A stretch of 58,780 bases of DNA, filler included, from Sphacelaria rigidula (GCA_964200075.2; 8 parts of 8 records of this genome joined end to end with filler, not necessarily neighbours in it); one strand, 5' to 3'; positions 11,413 through 25,887 are shown, numbered from the whole stretch's first letter. Numbers and translations are program-made. The notes: a model not told the origin generated them from the sequence alone.

Positions 11413-13981
11413 TAGGCTTCTACTTATTATGCTAGCATAATTTCTGGCATAATTCCACCTTGGTGGCATAAATAGCATAGCGTTTCAGCAAGTGGCAAAA
11501 CCGAACATAATTTCCACGTTAGGAGCATAACTGAGCATCATTCTTCACAGTAGGGGTGGGGACACTGGTCTTAACGCTCACCTGCTGTGTTATTTTGGGC
11601 GAAAACTCTGCTATCATCGACCGCGGGTCTGAAAACGTGTATGCTCTGGAACTAGTCATTAAAACTGCCAGTCTGATCGATCTCAGGTCTGAAAAACGTT
11701 TTCATGAAAGCACACGACACAAAACATGAACACGTACAATGTACTGTACAGTATAAACCCTGACCACCTCGCCCTCTGTTGTACTCAAGGGCCACTGCCG
11801 GGGCAAGGCGACCACCAAAAGTCTGCTCCCGTCTACTATCCAGACGCGCCCGGATGATAGAGAAAACTCACGCTATGAAGCATGGCGATGGCTGGATTCG
11901 CGCCAGGTCCATCGCCACGCTGTGCCAAGCTGACAGATGGCCCCTGTTGTTCCTCCAAAACGTCAATAGGTCGTCTTCAGCATCGATATCGGTTGGCGCT
12001 ACGCGATACTCGTCCCTTTCCATGACGAGCTTGTCGACGATGTCATTCGTCAAAAACATAAACACCGTCAACGCGCTGACGTCGTTCTTTGTGTACATGT
12101 GTTGCTTCATGTACGTGAAATTCGCGAGTTTGGCAGCTTTGAAAACTCTTTTTTTCTTGGCTTATCATTTTTGTGTGTGTGTTTTTGTTCTTACTTTCTC
12201 TGGCTACTTCATCCTTCTTGTACACTCCAGTATTTTTCCACAATTTCTACCCCTTCATGTGTTTCCTTTTTTGCACCTTTTTTCATGGGTTGTACTCATC
12301 TTGCGACCTCGGCTGGATTCGAAGCAGATCGGTCCATGCGACACAATCGATCTAACAACCATTCATCAATTAACCCTTTTGGGATTGGGCCTCCAGAACG
12401 ACCAATGAGGCTGCTTAGGGATGACATGTCCTGCATATGCATGAAACAGTGGCGTCATGTTGCTAAAAAACAACGTATGTATGTAACGGCAGGGTTAGAT
12501 GAAGACCGAAAGTTTCATCCAACCTATTTTTAGGTGCAGGTATGGACTGTTGGTACTTTAATTCGGGTGTTGTGCGCGTCAGGTAATGTACAGATGTATC
12601 AGGCAGTGTGAGTCGCTGTGGGGGGCTTTGAGCAGGATGTGGCAACCGCCGCCCGCCACTTGTGGCCTTCGATATTGTCTTCATCACCTTGCCACACAGA
12701 CCTTCGCGGTCGGGGTGGGCCGCGATCCCCCTATTTGTTGCAAGCGGCAAATCGAACGGCATGGGTGTTGCGCCGCAGATACAGTACGGTGCAACACGCC
12801 TTTCCGAATGCAGTAGCAACTGCCGCTGCATACCCCCTCACATGTTCTGGGCAGCTCTCCGCGACGGAGATCAGCTACCTCCACACAGCAAGTTCGTTAC
12901 CGTCGATTACATACGACCTCACCGCCGCTTGTACCGCTCCGGCCGAGGGATACGCAGAACTCATACCTCTAGCTTCGTCTCTCGTCCCACGACGTTGCCA
13001 GATTCAGTCACCTTGTGAACATGACCATATATATATATATATATATAAAGCAGGGGACATTTATTCCCGAATTTCCCCCCGAGCACTACGTGTGAGTGTT
13101 ATCAACTAGGGTTGACTATTGAATGGTGACCTGAAAAAAAAATCGGGGGATGGGAGGTCGGACCTACATAAAATGCAAGTAAATGATGAAAAAATCGGGA
13201 ATTCGAGCCCCGACAATATGGGCTTTCTTTTGCTTCGAAGGCTTGTTTGTGGGCTAGGGACAGGGTACACCAACTTGCGGTGACATCACTCCCGGCGGCA
13301 ACACCCCCCCCCACTGGTCGTTCGGATGGGGTCGATAAGTTTCGCCTCGCCCTGAGTGGACAGGCCGCTTCCAGACTTGTTTATTTTTATTTCACCAACA
13401 CATACCCTTTGTTAGTGAGATTCAGTCCCAAAAGGATTAATTGTCATTTTTTCGTTTGTCGTTGTCTGTGGACACGAGTTCCTCGACATGGGACAGGCGA
13501 AGAGTGACCACATGATGTGATTTCGTGACTTGTCAGGGTGAGTGTGGTGACAAGATGCGTCTGCATCGGCCTTCGCAGGATGCTGCGTACAACGTACGCT
13601 CATTGTGCCAGATTATGATGAATATTCGAAGCAGTAGATTGCCTGCCATATGTCCTGTCTATTCGGCAGTGAGGGGGGCGGCATATAGCACACGATGCAG
13701 TACAAACAGTGCGGGATGATATTCCACGATGCACCGTGTACGACGGCAGTAAAATGTGGCATTCAATCGTACTAATGTAGGTAAGCAAGACTTCGTGTAT
13801 ATATTCAACATGCATACAGTGATCGGTGGGTCTGTATCCGGTCGAAGGTGGCATCCTTGTTGGATACAGTATTACGAGCATAATCGAGCACCAATTCCAC
13901 GCTGCAAGGATAAATCGAGCATAAATTCCACTTCACGAGCATAATTACTAGTGAGAATACTAGCATAAAAAGAAACCTTTA
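11413..13981 (-). mobile_element. Decayed hAT DNA transposon
   Basis: TIR TAGGCTTCTACTTATTATGCTAG at 11413, degenerate partner near 13958-13981, GCATAA subterminal repeats, transposase remnant inside; no TSD seen. Confidence 0.6.
11760..13010 (-). pseudogene. hAT transposase remnant including the C-terminal dimerisation domain
   Basis: FKAAKLANF...DLLTFWRNNRGHLSAWHSVAMDLARIQPSPCFIA*VFSII...ALEYN resembles the hAT W..P/L..A..PSS..ERVFS motif; in-frame stops present. Confidence 0.75.
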
Positions 13982-14722
13982 CTACAGTCAAGCGCCAAAA
14001 GAAAAAAAAGTGAACTGTGTACCAATTTTCGCATACATTGTACGAAGTATAAATTATCAGCTGAGTTCATCTCCAAAATGGGTGTAGTTCACACGAGCGA
14101 GGTGCCCCAGAGGGAGGACCTACGGCCCAACACGCAGGATATCTGAAAATATATATTCAAGGCTGGATCGTTGGCACAAGCTGCAGGCTGAGAACGTGAT
14201 TATGTCCCGCGTTCGGTGGTGTACATGGTGTCGCTCGATACGGGTGCCTTGCGTGCCCCGTTGTAGGACGATCGGTGGCGACCACGCTTCGCGTTCCAGC
14301 GCATCACCACACCTAGGGCGTAGTATACGGAGTGTGCGATCCGCCTGAAAAAGAAGGATCTCAAATGCTTTTGGAGAGAACGAAAACTGCACGATTGTTT
14401 GCATCCATGTCTGGCGGCGCAGCTGATGGCCTTGAAATTTGAAAACTCCGTCATGACCAATATAAAGTTCAGTATAATACGCTGATACAATGCACGGTCT
14501 ATAGACAGTACCGGTACTGTACTGTAATACTGAGTAACCGCATATATCTCATGTGTACGAGCTGGGCCAGCCTAGAGGCGGATTTGAAGTTTGCAGGCCC
14601 ATGCTCTTTTATACATTTAGAGNNNNNNNNNNNNNNNNNNNNNNNNNNNNNNNNNNNNNNNNNNNNTTAATTAATTAANNNNNNNNNNNNNNNNNNNNNN
14701 NNNNNNNNNNNNNNNNNNNNNN

Positions 14723-14995
14723 CCGTCCAGGCTTTGTAGGGATGCGAGGTCAATGATCATATGACTACGGCATGCACTATCATGAGCACCCCCCTCCCCC
14801 CCCTCCTTCACATTAAAACCAAGATATGTAAAACGGTGTTTGTGTCGAGTATGGAAAAAAACGTAATGAGCACCGAAATGTTGAAGGTGTCTCTAGTAGG
14901 AGTGGGGACGGTGCTCCGTCTCGAGAAGTATGCGTGGTTAATGATCAAACGACGAAGGCAAGCAACAAATGAGTACGCCCCCCTCCTTCCCCCAT
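14723..14995 (+). mobile_element. Tandem LINE 3' fragments (family B then family A), each ending in a C-run
   Basis: ...ATCATGAGCACCCCCCTCCCCCCC followed by ...GCAACAAATGAGTACGCCCCCCTCC. Confidence 0.75.
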
Positions 14996-16516
14996 ATCCG
15001 CTTGATTCGAAGACGGCGGAGCGAGGGGTATACAAGTGAAGTGCGTGCGATTGTGCTCGTATTTGACACCGTCCGACGCTTCCCACAACATGGCCTTCAA
15101 TCTTCTGTCGTCTTTGCGACTACAGCTATGCACGATTTTGCTCGCCAGATGTCGGTAAGTACAAGGAATAGTCTTGCGCAGGTTCCCCACATCCCCGCCG
15201 CTGCCCCCCGCCCTCTGTCCTTGGCACCGGACGCGCCTAGCGCGGTTTTTTTCCCCTCGGGGTGCTGTACGAGCTGGACCAGCCTAGAGGCTGATTTGAA
15301 GTTTGCAGACCCATGCGCCGGCCAATATTTAGAGTTGGAGCGTATAACTTAGTATGGACAATGCATAAAGAATATATATATATATATATCACGTCGGTAT
15401 CAACACTTTTTTTTTCCTTCGTGAGTTGAGGGCATTTTACTGATACCTAAACACTGATCATCGCCCTCAACTGATGAAAAAGACTTTTGATACCGACGTA
15501 ATTTGTTGTATCCCCTGTGCATTGTTCATACCAAGTTTTATGCTTCACCTCCAAATATGGGCTGGCGCATTCGCCTTTAAAAACCGGACCGGTAAGAATT
15601 CGGAACAGTATTTTGCAGGTCACTCACCACTCACTGGCCCACGTTTGGTTTTTGTGTATTGAAATTTTGTGTGGGTCCTCGCTAGGGCATAATTTACAAA
15701 ACTCAGTGGGTCAGGTTGATTTTTCTATTTTATTTTCGCTGGTTTAGGGGGTTCTAGTATAGTGAAGATCATTTTTTTCACGAGAACGCCTCAATCTCGA
15801 TGAAAAAAAATTGAAGACCCATTTTTTTTTTCATTCGGCACATCTTCGTGGTTCTCTGTTTTGAGTTTCAAATCACAACTCTAGAAATTGAGATGATGTC
15901 TACGAGTATTGTTCATTTCTCCTCAAAACTTCCCTGAAAACACGAAAAAAATGAAAAAAGTTAACAAGCTGTTTTGTTTATTTTATCATGAGCTAGCGAT
16001 TCTCCATACGAAATTTCATAGCACAACTCTCAAAAACTGAGACGCGATATCCAGATTTAGGGCATCTAGGGTCTTCTCGTAATGTATTGATTTTAGTATG
16101 GAAACGAATGTGCGCCATATGTCGAGGTGTATTAAGAATTAGGTGAAGGTGAGGTTATATATCGTCTCCCCAAGCTCCAGGGAAGGTCCACACCAAAAAT
16201 CGTCATCATCCTCTGAATTTATCGTTCGGGTTTCACATAGATTTTAGTGTGGACGCTATCTGCGTACGGTATAGGAATTACTACACATGGGGTTTAATCA
16301 ACGAGAAAATATTGGCCTAGATCTTTGAGCAGATGGGCACCTTTCCCTTGATTGAACGATCAATACAATGTGCGGATTACGACCCAAGTCGTGTGTGTCG
16401 ATGAGATATTGCTTCGAGAGCTTAAATCCGTTTTTGGGCTGGCCAGCTCGTGAGCAATTGTTGATTTCTGTTGAAATACGGCACGTAACATGTGAGTTCA
16501 TTTTTTTTCTTCGTTG

Positions 16517-16700
16517 AGGGGAAGCGTACTCATTCGTTGGTTGCTTTAGTTGCTTGACCATTGACCACCTATCCCTCGAGACGAGGGGGCGACGAGGGGG
16601 GTACTCATGATCTCGCATGCCGTAGTCATCGAATCAGTGACCTCGCATCCCTACAAAGTCGGGACGGAGCACGTGGGGTTTTCGCTGGGACCGGAGGGGG
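16517..16700 (-). mobile_element. Adjacent short family A and family B LINE-end fragments at G-runs
   Basis: GGGGAAGCGTACTCATTCGTTG... then GAGGGGGGTACTCATGATC...GGAGCACG. Confidence 0.7.
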
Positions 16701-18002
16701 TATCTGATGATCATTGAAAACGTGAGGATGTGAAAAGCGAAGGAAATTCGTTCGATGAGAACGGACGCGCGGTGCAGGAGTAACAGGGGATCCTGGGAAA
16801 TGGAGGTTGAATTTTCAGAAGACGCTGAAACCGGGGACGGCACTTTACCCTTTTGAAACTCGCGAAGAACAGGTGAAATAGTACAAACTCCGATATGCGA
16901 GCTTTCGTCACCAGGAAAACGTCACTTGGAGTTCGGTGCACGAGTCTATCACATCAGTATACTTGAACCTAGAGGGGTGCACCGTTTTGATGGGCTGCGA
17001 AAAAACAACCATATCTTGCTCAAGAAAACGTCAAATGGAAATCGTCATTCTTTCATCAACGGTTCCAGAAGGGTTGAATCCCATGAAACTACATCCTGTT
17101 TTTTTCATTTCGATAGACGTACGTAAAAAACCCGGATCGATTGTTGATAACACCCGAAGGAAACCGACGAAAGCATCTTCCTTTCACCTGCTGAGGGCCG
17201 TTCCAAATGTTTGGAGCGAGTTCCAGATGGCTTTAGACTTTGGACACCGGAGCAACGGTGCGCGACAAGGCAAGCTAGAGGAAGTTTTGACAAATGGAAT
17301 TCTCAGTTGGTTGTTTTGGTGAAACTGTTACGGGGATAATATGAATTTTCGGAAGGTGGGTACAGCCCCATTTGATAATTCAATCCCCCATTTTCCAGGA
17401 TCTTCTGTTGGGTGCTGTTCCAATCTGCGGTACCAAAATGTATGGTGTATACTGGGGAAGAGGCGGGTTGAATGTTCCCCTGAGGCCAAAAACTCATGCC
17501 TAGAAAGGGAATGGAATGGAAGTTTGACGAAAAATAAACCGAGCTGGGCTGACCAACATACTATTTTTACGGGAGAAAGGTGACGCCACGCTGAATTCGA
17601 GGAGTTCGGGGCTGAAATATTGACGAGATATTTTTGCCATCATAACGCGAAATTTGTCGAGGGATACGAAGAAAAAAATGAGGAAAATGAAAGAGTCAGG
17701 GCGATTCGAAATTTTAGCAAAATACTAGAAAATGTCATCACTTCATGAAAAAAACGAAGAACACGGCCGTATCTCGCAAAACTTTGGACACGGAAGATCC
17801 CGGTGTAAGTATTGGCAAAATCTCGTTAAATTGGCCTGCGCGTGGAACTTCTTGTGTGACCCCGCTGCACCCCGGTGCAGGAGCCTCCAATTGCACAGGT
17901 TGTGAGTTCGAATTCGGACATGAAGCTTTTTCATGCACGTAAGCTGACATATTTTCTCCTCCCCATAATCTGAGAGTTTTTTGTTCAATCTCAACACTGC
18001 CA

Positions 18003-18335
18003 TCTCGAGTCCTACACCAGGCGAGCAAATGTTTAGCCGTCATGACGGCCGTGCATGATTCAGTTGGCTCTAACCATACAGATTTGCTGAGATCATCCAT
18101 GGTTACCAAGATGTATGTGAATCTGTCACCTTCATCCAATCTATCGTCTTTCACCGGCCAACTCTGAACAGCATACAGATAATCGAAATGAAATACTTTG
18201 CCTGGCCGTGCACCATGCACTGTTTCTCCAAGTGGCCTTGGAACTATCCTTCCAGCTTTCGAATCCACACAATGAAGACTCTGTTTAATGAGCTGCTGAC
18301 GAGTTTGATGCCATCTCGCAGCATCACCAGTGCGC
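18003..18335 (-). pseudogene. Ty3/Gypsy integrase fragment
   Basis: LHCVDSKAGRIVPRPLGETVHGARPGKVFHFDYLY...YILVTMDDLSKSVWLEPTESCTA..TAKHLLAWC: end of the zinc-finger region plus start of the rve core, truncated. Confidence 0.8.
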
Positions 18336-18680
18336 TTTTGACTCTGCATTGCGGGTTGTCACGTGCCCGTGCGGCGAAATTGTCTGTGGTGATTCCGCGG
18401 CGTTTTGTAAAGAGAACGTCTCTGGACACGCTATCGCACCACGGTTTGAGGCATACCTAATATCCAGCGCAGTACAAGAACGCCATGGCCAAAACTGCGC
18501 CAATCGAGCAGCGGCGGGGCTTTTGTTACCAGATAAGTCTGCAGCTCACTGCGATATGCTTAAATCGGGCTGATTCGGGAAACTGACGAAGTTGTGGCGG
18601 GCCACGGTTTCTAGTTTCTTCACGGCCGGCCCAACTCGCACCTGCGAAGATTGGGAGAGGAGAAATAAGGCAGACGTACG

Positions 18681-18980
18681 ACAACGCCTCCGTGAGATTG
18701 AGAGTCGATCGCTGATTGAGAGTGGCTTCGGTAATTTCGCTTCAACCTAGACATTTTCTTCATCTCGTGTGTGTTTTTCTTTGCCTCCATCGCTAGCGTG
18801 TACTCACAGCTACACGTCGATATCTTTCTGGGGGATATCAAGGGCCTCCGAGGCTAGCTACTACCGAAAGCATATCGGGCCTCGTGGAGGGGCACTTCGG
18901 AACTGAAACGGCTCATTCACTAATTGACCGCTTTTCACTCTCAATCGTATACTCTACTCTCAATCTCACGAAAACGTTGT
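18681..18980. mobile_element. MITE with ~40-bp imperfect TIRs
   Basis: ACAACG..CGTGAGATTGAGAGT..GATTGAGAGTG at left, its reverse complement at right. Confidence 0.65.
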
Positions 18981-19092
18981 ACTTGACGCCGCCCCGTTGT
19001 GCCTCCCTACGACGTGCTTCATGCTGACATTTCCCTCACTTGCTATCCGTGACTGCCGCTGTTTCGGTTTTGAACAAATAAAATCGATTTAG

Positions 19093-19233
19093 GCGGTGTG
19101 CACAGAGGCTGGAATGTTTGCGTTGAGGGAGCGACGCATCCACGTGACGCAAGAAGACTTCGAGATGTCTGTGGCGAAGGTCATGAAGAAGGACAGCGAC
19201 ATGAACATGTCCATCCGCAAGCTGTGGAAGTAG
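19093..19233 (+). CDS. RPT6: 26S proteasome AAA-ATPase regulatory subunit RPT6, final exon
   Basis: After a TTTAG acceptor: [46 protein letters not shown], the characteristic RPT6/PSMC5 C-terminus. Confidence 0.96.
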   Translation, partial: AVCTEAGMFALRERRIHVTQEDFEMSVAKVMKKDSDMNMSIRKLWK

Positions 19234-21821
19234 TCTCCTCTCTATTACTAGTGGTTGTGTTTCCATGTTTTTTGTTTTCTTTTTGGTTATCGTGATTTTT
19301 TTTGTTCCGTTTTGTTTTTTCCTCTTCACGAGACGCAGTCGGGGGGGGAGGGAAGGACGCCGCGTACCGCATGGCCTTGTATGTATGCACCGCGACAATT
19401 AATATGTCCGACATTTCATGGATTTATTGCCTTCGTCCTTCTTTTGAACCAGAATTTTGCGGTTTGTGGGTGTCAAGATCGAGAATAAGATATGCTGTGG
19501 TATGCAGGACACCATTTTTTTCTTGTATCCATCATGGTCAGAAACCTGTTCGGGGTTGCTACAAGAAGTCGCACAGGTCGATTCCGTGGTTTTCTCTTCT
19601 GCTCGACGTTCGTCCTGACTGCAACGCATGTTCGGTTGCCGCCGACCTTCCCTGGTCGAGGTGGTACGGAGGTCTGACTTTCTGCGGCGCCAGTTGCTGT
19701 TGTAATATCTGGTGGGACATCTGAGATGAGCCGTGTGACCTGGTCTGGATGGCACCCAGTAGTTCGACCTGGATGGACGTCGCAGTTCGATGTAACTGAC
19801 GTCATTCGTTCGCGGAAGTGGGAAGCCGCACTGCTGCATCCATTCCCGGCATCGACAATGGTGGTACTCCATCATTTTCCCTTGACGACCACGTTCACCT
19901 AGCGACCGGTTTCTCATTTTTCATTTAGGGGCCGTGAACAGGAAGACATCTTACGCGGACATCACAAGTACGTGCTACCTCTCTTCGGGTGAATGAGAGA
20001 CTTGTGGAGTAGTTGAAACAAATCAATGCCGTGGCATCAGCCGTGTCTTGAAAAAAAATTCGACTTGAAAATATGCGGTCGAATCGAATTGGTCACTACG
20101 AGGCCGTATCAGATGCGTCCACGGTATTTATGTTCTCAGACCGCTTCAAGTCCATTCTATCATTAGTTGCGCGCGATGGGCATGGTCAATATCAGAAGAG
20201 CGTTGGTTTTTCGAGCGAAACAAGCGGCGGAATGAACGAATCGGCTCGTAACTCCTATGTTATAGACAACCATGCATGCCAGTTGTTTCCGGGTATTTTT
20301 AATAGTTGTATTACAGGAAGTTCATGACGAAGAAATGCTATTATAGGAATGAAGTCTGCAGTCTAAAGCAGTACAGATATCACTTCGTTGGTACCTAGTT
20401 GTTCTGCAGTTTCCACCTATCGACGACAGCGGGTCGGTCGACGGTTGGTCAGTCGAATGAGAAAAACGAGATCAAGAGGTGTGACTTATTTACGGTGGGA
20501 CGCTTGATGCGGAATGGCCGAACGCCAAACCCCAATTGCCAATTGCATGAAGAGCGTTCTGAACATGATGTGGTACAGATATGAACTTCATCCGAAGAAA
20601 AATAACGGTAACCGGCGATCACAAAATACATGAGCATTCTATTCAGCCAGCCGCGGTGATCATTTGCGCTCTTTGTCCCAAGGTACTGCCAACTTTGGCA
20701 TACTTGTCCCTCTCTTCAGGTGCTTATGGAGAGTCTCCGCTGCTGCATACTATAGATTGATATTTTTTCAATCGCTCACCACATTCGAAGACATTTTCGA
20801 GCAGTTCAAGCCTCTTGGCAGCTCAAAATGAGTGGTTGAACTTTTCACAACTATTTACGATCTTTGCAAGGAAAATAGATCAAACACCGTAATGTCTCCT
20901 GCCTCGGGCGGCGCTGCTCCGCGGCACCCCCCACCAGCCGGGAATTAACTCGAAAAAAATCGGCGTACTGGCAACTGGCGCGGCCAGTTTCGACCGAACT
21001 GAACAGAGCTGATTGTCGACAGCCCTGACAAGACCGCTGTTTTTCCGTAGGGTGAGGGTGTGTTCGGTAGGGTATGAGAGTCTTCACAAATCTTACGGAA
21101 CTGACGAGTACCGGGATGAAATTCATTCTTCGAGAAGTATAATTACTTCATTTTCACAAAAGGAGCATAGTAGAGGATCAGAGCGTAGCGGGATCTGAGG
21201 GTTGTGGATCGGGACGAATTTTTACAATATGTAACTCTTAGCCAACCGGATTGTAGTCAAGTACGATCGGACTACGCACAACCGGATTTTCAATATTGTT
21301 CCGGTCGACGGAGGGAAGAACGAAACAGCTGTCACTTGGCTGTCATGATGATTTCGATGGAACCTACCACCGTTCGGACGAATCATTCCCGGTTCGAAGA
21401 ACCAAATCCACGATTTCTTTGGCCTGATTGGTCGAAGAAGAGAAAAAAAGTCGACTGCTGTTCAAACAGGTCTCCACGCAACTTTTGCACCATTCCACGT
21501 GCCTGGGCTGCGCATACCTGGCTCGCAACGCTGAAAATAAAGCTTAGGGATCGATTCGTAGGGTACGAATCAATGACACCAAAATCAAGTAATTTCCAGA
21601 CGAATCATCAATTCTTCCGACCCTGGGAACCTGCAGACAGTGCAGTAAAGTAAGATAGTACAGTACACAATGGTTCACTGTTCTCCACGAAGCACCTCCG
21701 GCTCCTCCTCGGTGGTTGTATGGACACACACAGTAAGTACAGTGGGAGAGCACACTTAGCATATTATCATACACACACTTGGCTGTAGGCTTAGAAGATG
21801 GAAGCCAGGAGAGAGAGAGGA

Positions 21822-21983
21822 CGGGGGGGGGTGTACTCATGATCATCATGCATGCCATAGTCTTAAGACCACTGACCTCGCATCCCTGCACAACCGGGAC
21901 GGAGCACGCCGGGTTTTCGCCGAACCAGGCTCGCACTCAATCACCAAGCGCGAAGCGCTGTGGTGTGTTCGGTGAGTCGCATG
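21822..21983 (-). mobile_element. LINE 3' fragment, family B, cut by the contig end
   Basis: G-run then TGTACTCATGATC...CACTCAATCACCAAGCGCGAAGCG. Confidence 0.8.
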
Positions 21984-22649
21984 NNNNNNNNNNNNNNNNN
22001 NNNNNNNNNNNNNNNNNNNNNNNNNNNTTAATTAATTAANNNNNNNNNNNNNNNNNNNNNNNNNNNNNNNNNNNNNNNNNNNNCCTAGCTTCCGTAGTGA
22101 GTGGCGTGTTTTATAGCGTCATCGCCAACCGACGCCAACACCATCGGGGGTCCGCCCCTACAAAGCCGGGACGGAGCACGCCGGGTTCTCGCCGGACCAG
22201 GCAGAGGTTCGGGGGGGGGGGGCAATCGTAGAAAGAGTCGTGTGTGGAGATAGGGTGAAAATTGGGCTTGGAATTCGTAATACGATCTAAGGACAATTTG
22301 AAGGGCGCTGATTGGTCGAGACACTTATTCGTCCTCAGTGCTACCATTATGGCCTCGAACACAAATCTGACTATGTCACGCCCTTCAAAGTGTCCATGGC
22401 GGGTCTGTATGATGAAATGTTTGCAATTATTTGGTAGGTACTGCGAAAATGCATTTGCTGATGACACAATTCTGGGCGATAAGCATGAACCAGCCTGTAC
22501 TGTAGTTTTTGGCCGCAGGGAAACGTACACCAAAAGTAGAATCAAAATGCTCTCCGTGTGACGAGTGCGTGACAACGCAGGAAACCCAATACCTTCTCTC
22601 CCGGAATTGAAATTTTTCGTCGCGACAAAAGCACGTCCCTTCTTCTCAC

Positions 22650-22710
22650 CTTCTCGGCGAAAAAAAACTGGTCGAAGGCTATCGGAATGACGACTTGAGC
22701 GACGCCAGCC
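22650..22710 (-). CDS. GT1 family glycosyltransferase (sterol 3-beta-glucosyltransferase-like), exon
   Basis: CAG acceptor and GTGAG donor; encodes (V)AGVAQVVIPIAFDQFFFAEK, in phase with the upstream exon and completing the UDP-sugar binding motif. Confidence 0.88.
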
Positions 22711-23657
22711 CTGACTCGATACAAGTCCGCAAAAAAAATCGATAAAGGAAAACATAACAAACGCAGCAGACGAAGCGGAAACACGATACACGCATACATG
22801 CGTAGAGCGCGCAATCATTGGCTGCCCAATATGCAAAAAGCGCAACGAAAATCGGACATGAACAATAATATTGTTGCAGGTTCAGCTTAGTTTACCCGGC
22901 AATTCTGATGCTGCGATCCAAGACGCCTGTCACCTATTTTTTTCGTTTCATCTCCATGTTAGCCCTGCGCACACGATGGCCGCCATGCAGCGACGCAGAA
23001 GATTGCTATTGCGATACAGATATACTCTGTATTCCAAGCAAAGACCACTAAGACAATTTCATCAGCGACCGGAAGAAACAATACATGCAGCGCGTTGACT
23101 AGAGGGGGAGCGGGAGGAGGGGGGGAGGTGCGTACTCATTTGTTGCTTGCCTTAGTCGTTTGACCATTTATCAAAAGGCGATTATTAGGGGACTGAATAC
23201 AAAAAAAACAGTACAGTGTAGTTAGGTCAAGTTACGACTTCTGATTTCTGCTGAAAGATTCCAGATATCTCTGGGCACAACAGCCAAGTTTCTGCCGAGT
23301 ACGACCGCGTTGTGACAGGATTCTTCAAAGTACAAGCGATCCTGCAAACAAAAAAATAAAAAATCTTGGCAGTTGCAGGGTTCACGAAAGGTATGCAAAG
23401 GTTTTCAATTTCTGTGCTTCTTTCCACAAATCCGCTTGAAACGCAAAGCACAAGGTCACATTTTTTCCAGTGACACCATCCATGTACGGTAGCATACGAC
23501 ACCAACGCGGAACGCTGCATGACTTCGGCTATTTGTATCTACATCAATACTGCATGTAGAGTTTAGAAGGAAAAATAAAATAACATACGATTGAAGATAC
23601 GATCTTTCACTTCGCATTTACTGGGTGCTTTTTTTGTTTTTTTCTGTAAAAACTTAC

Positions 23658-24307
23658 ACGAGAGCAGCCGCGGTCGTACCGCTACCGCCGTGATGCACGA
23701 GGCCTCTACATCGCGCCAGAAGCCACAGATGCGGCACAAACGCAGAAGAACCTTCTCTGTCTCCGCCACCACCAGTGGACGCCGCCGCCACCACAGCAGC
23801 AGCAGCGATAGAAAGATCCAACACCCTATCATCCGCCCACGCCTTGTCCCCTGCGGGTGCTATCGGTGTTGTTGGTGTTACTGTTGGTGTCGCCGTTCGT
23901 CTCGATGCTGGCGCTGTTGCTGCCTCTGGAGTTGCTGATTTTACCAGTGGTGTTGGTGGTGGTGGTGTTTGTTGCATTGGTGTCGGCTGCTGTGCTGCAT
24001 CATAATCTCTCCTGACGGTGTGCATGGCGTGGTTGGCGGCGGCTTCGCGTGTAGGAGGCGTTTTTCTTTCCAAACGCCGCATACTTGCAGTACAGGCGCT
24101 GCTGTTGGTTTTGCTGGCCCCATCATCGTCACCATCATCATCATCATCACCATTACGATTATTGTTGTCATGAGCAGCACCTGCAGTGTCAGCACCACAG
24201 CAGGAAATCCCTCGGCGGTCATCCTCCAGGCCGGCGGGAAGGAGGATGACCGCGACCCCCGCCTCCAACAAACAAGAGGCGACCAGGGATAGTATTCTAG
24301 ACGCATT
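23658..24307 (-). CDS. GT1 family glycosyltransferase, exon
   Basis: TTTAG acceptor, open 650 nt, ends FVPHLWLLARCRGLVHHGGSGTTAAAL-GT before a GTAAGT donor (phase 2). Confidence 0.88.
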
Positions 24308-24308
24308 C

Positions 24309-24310
<2 letters not shown>

Positions 24311-24342
<32 letters not shown>

Positions 24343-24496
24343 CGGCGACGACGACGACGACGACGACGACAACAACAACGCATGGATAACACGGGAAGAC
24401 GGAGGAAGGGGGTGCGCGGGAGGGGAGTGGGGTCGAGCGGAAAGTTAGAGCGAGGGAGCGAAGTGGGTGTGCTCTTTGAGATCAAGGGAGAGAGAC

Positions 24497-24535
<39 letters not shown>
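24311..24535. repeat. Microsatellites (CAA)n, (CGA)n and (GA)n
   Basis: Directly visible at 24311-24380 and about 24500-24535. Confidence 0.9.
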
Positions 24536-24539
<4 letters not shown>

Positions 24540-25887
24540 TGAAGTATAAAACGAGCGGGAGTGGACAGGTAGAATGTGAGAAGGAAAGAGTGGAGGGGGC
24601 TTATTTCAGGTGCTCGGGGTCATCCAAAGGTTACAAGCTTGCCCTGGGCGGCGCTACGATCGATCGAACTTCCGTACCGGCTTACGCACCGAATATTCCC
24701 AACAAACAACAAGTGCGCCAACTCTGGTACGACGCGTGGACGGTTGCAGAGCAGCAGCCTGTCCTTTCGTGAGACGCAGACCACCACAACGAAGGCATTT
24801 TTTCCAGGTTTTGGAATGATGTTGGAGCAGAAAATGATTGCGAGCGCTTCAAACAGCACACAGGGCTCCGTTGAAGACCGCACACTACTATTCCCTACGT
24901 ATGTGAGGCCTCGAACGGCTGAAAGAGTAGCGCTCATCGACAGCAATCGACGTCAGCAAAGGCAGCTACTTCATCATCGAGGACGCATATATCAAGGGGC
25001 CATCGGGAAATCACGGCACCAGCCCCCCCCCCCCCAAGGGGTCGAGAATGAGGAAATGACCACATCAGCTGTGCAAAAATCTTATTCTTCCCGTTTCTCA
25101 ACAAATATACGGAATTAAACGATCAACGCATGACCTAGGGTCTTCCTCGGCATGAGCAGCCCAAAACCGAGGAGTTTTGGTGGGTCAGCCGTTCTTGTGG
25201 CCGCAGGGGAGCAAATTCGCTGGCTGGATAATGACTGTAGAGTCGCGATGATCGCTGGATAATGAGTATTGAGTGCGCCAGCTTCGGCGAGACCGGCGGT
25301 CACCGACTTAGTACTTCCGCCAAGCTGCTGTAGTGGTAGGGCCGCCATGCTGAGGAGAGCGGTGTACGACGAGTAGCTCTTTGCTGCTACCGAATGATAT
25401 GTAATATCTTGTGCAATGTACATGCTGTGCTCGTGATGTAACCTGACTTCGGGATTACCAACCGGCATGGATCTCTTATGATATTCTATATAGTATATTA
25501 ATTGATGAATGAATGAATTGGTTGGTTGGTGATGTGGTTGGTGCATGGAATTATATTTATTGGACAAAGGGGAGACACTATATGTAACGTATGTGAATTT
25601 TATATGATCACGTAGATTGCCCCCGTTTGAGCAGACAGCGACGTTTATCCAACGTGCATCTCTACATGTCGTCATCATACTGCACTGCGACACAATATAT
25701 GGATAGGTTGCAAAGGGAACATTTAATTATTATTTATTATTTATTATTGTTTATTGTTTATTTTCATTATCTCAGTACAGCAAGTACCTGCTCCTGCCCC
25801 AGAATGAGGTTTTGGCGACAAGGGGGGCCCTGGTGCCGTAATTTCCCGATGTAGGGCCCCTTGCATATAGTATATATATATACACAC

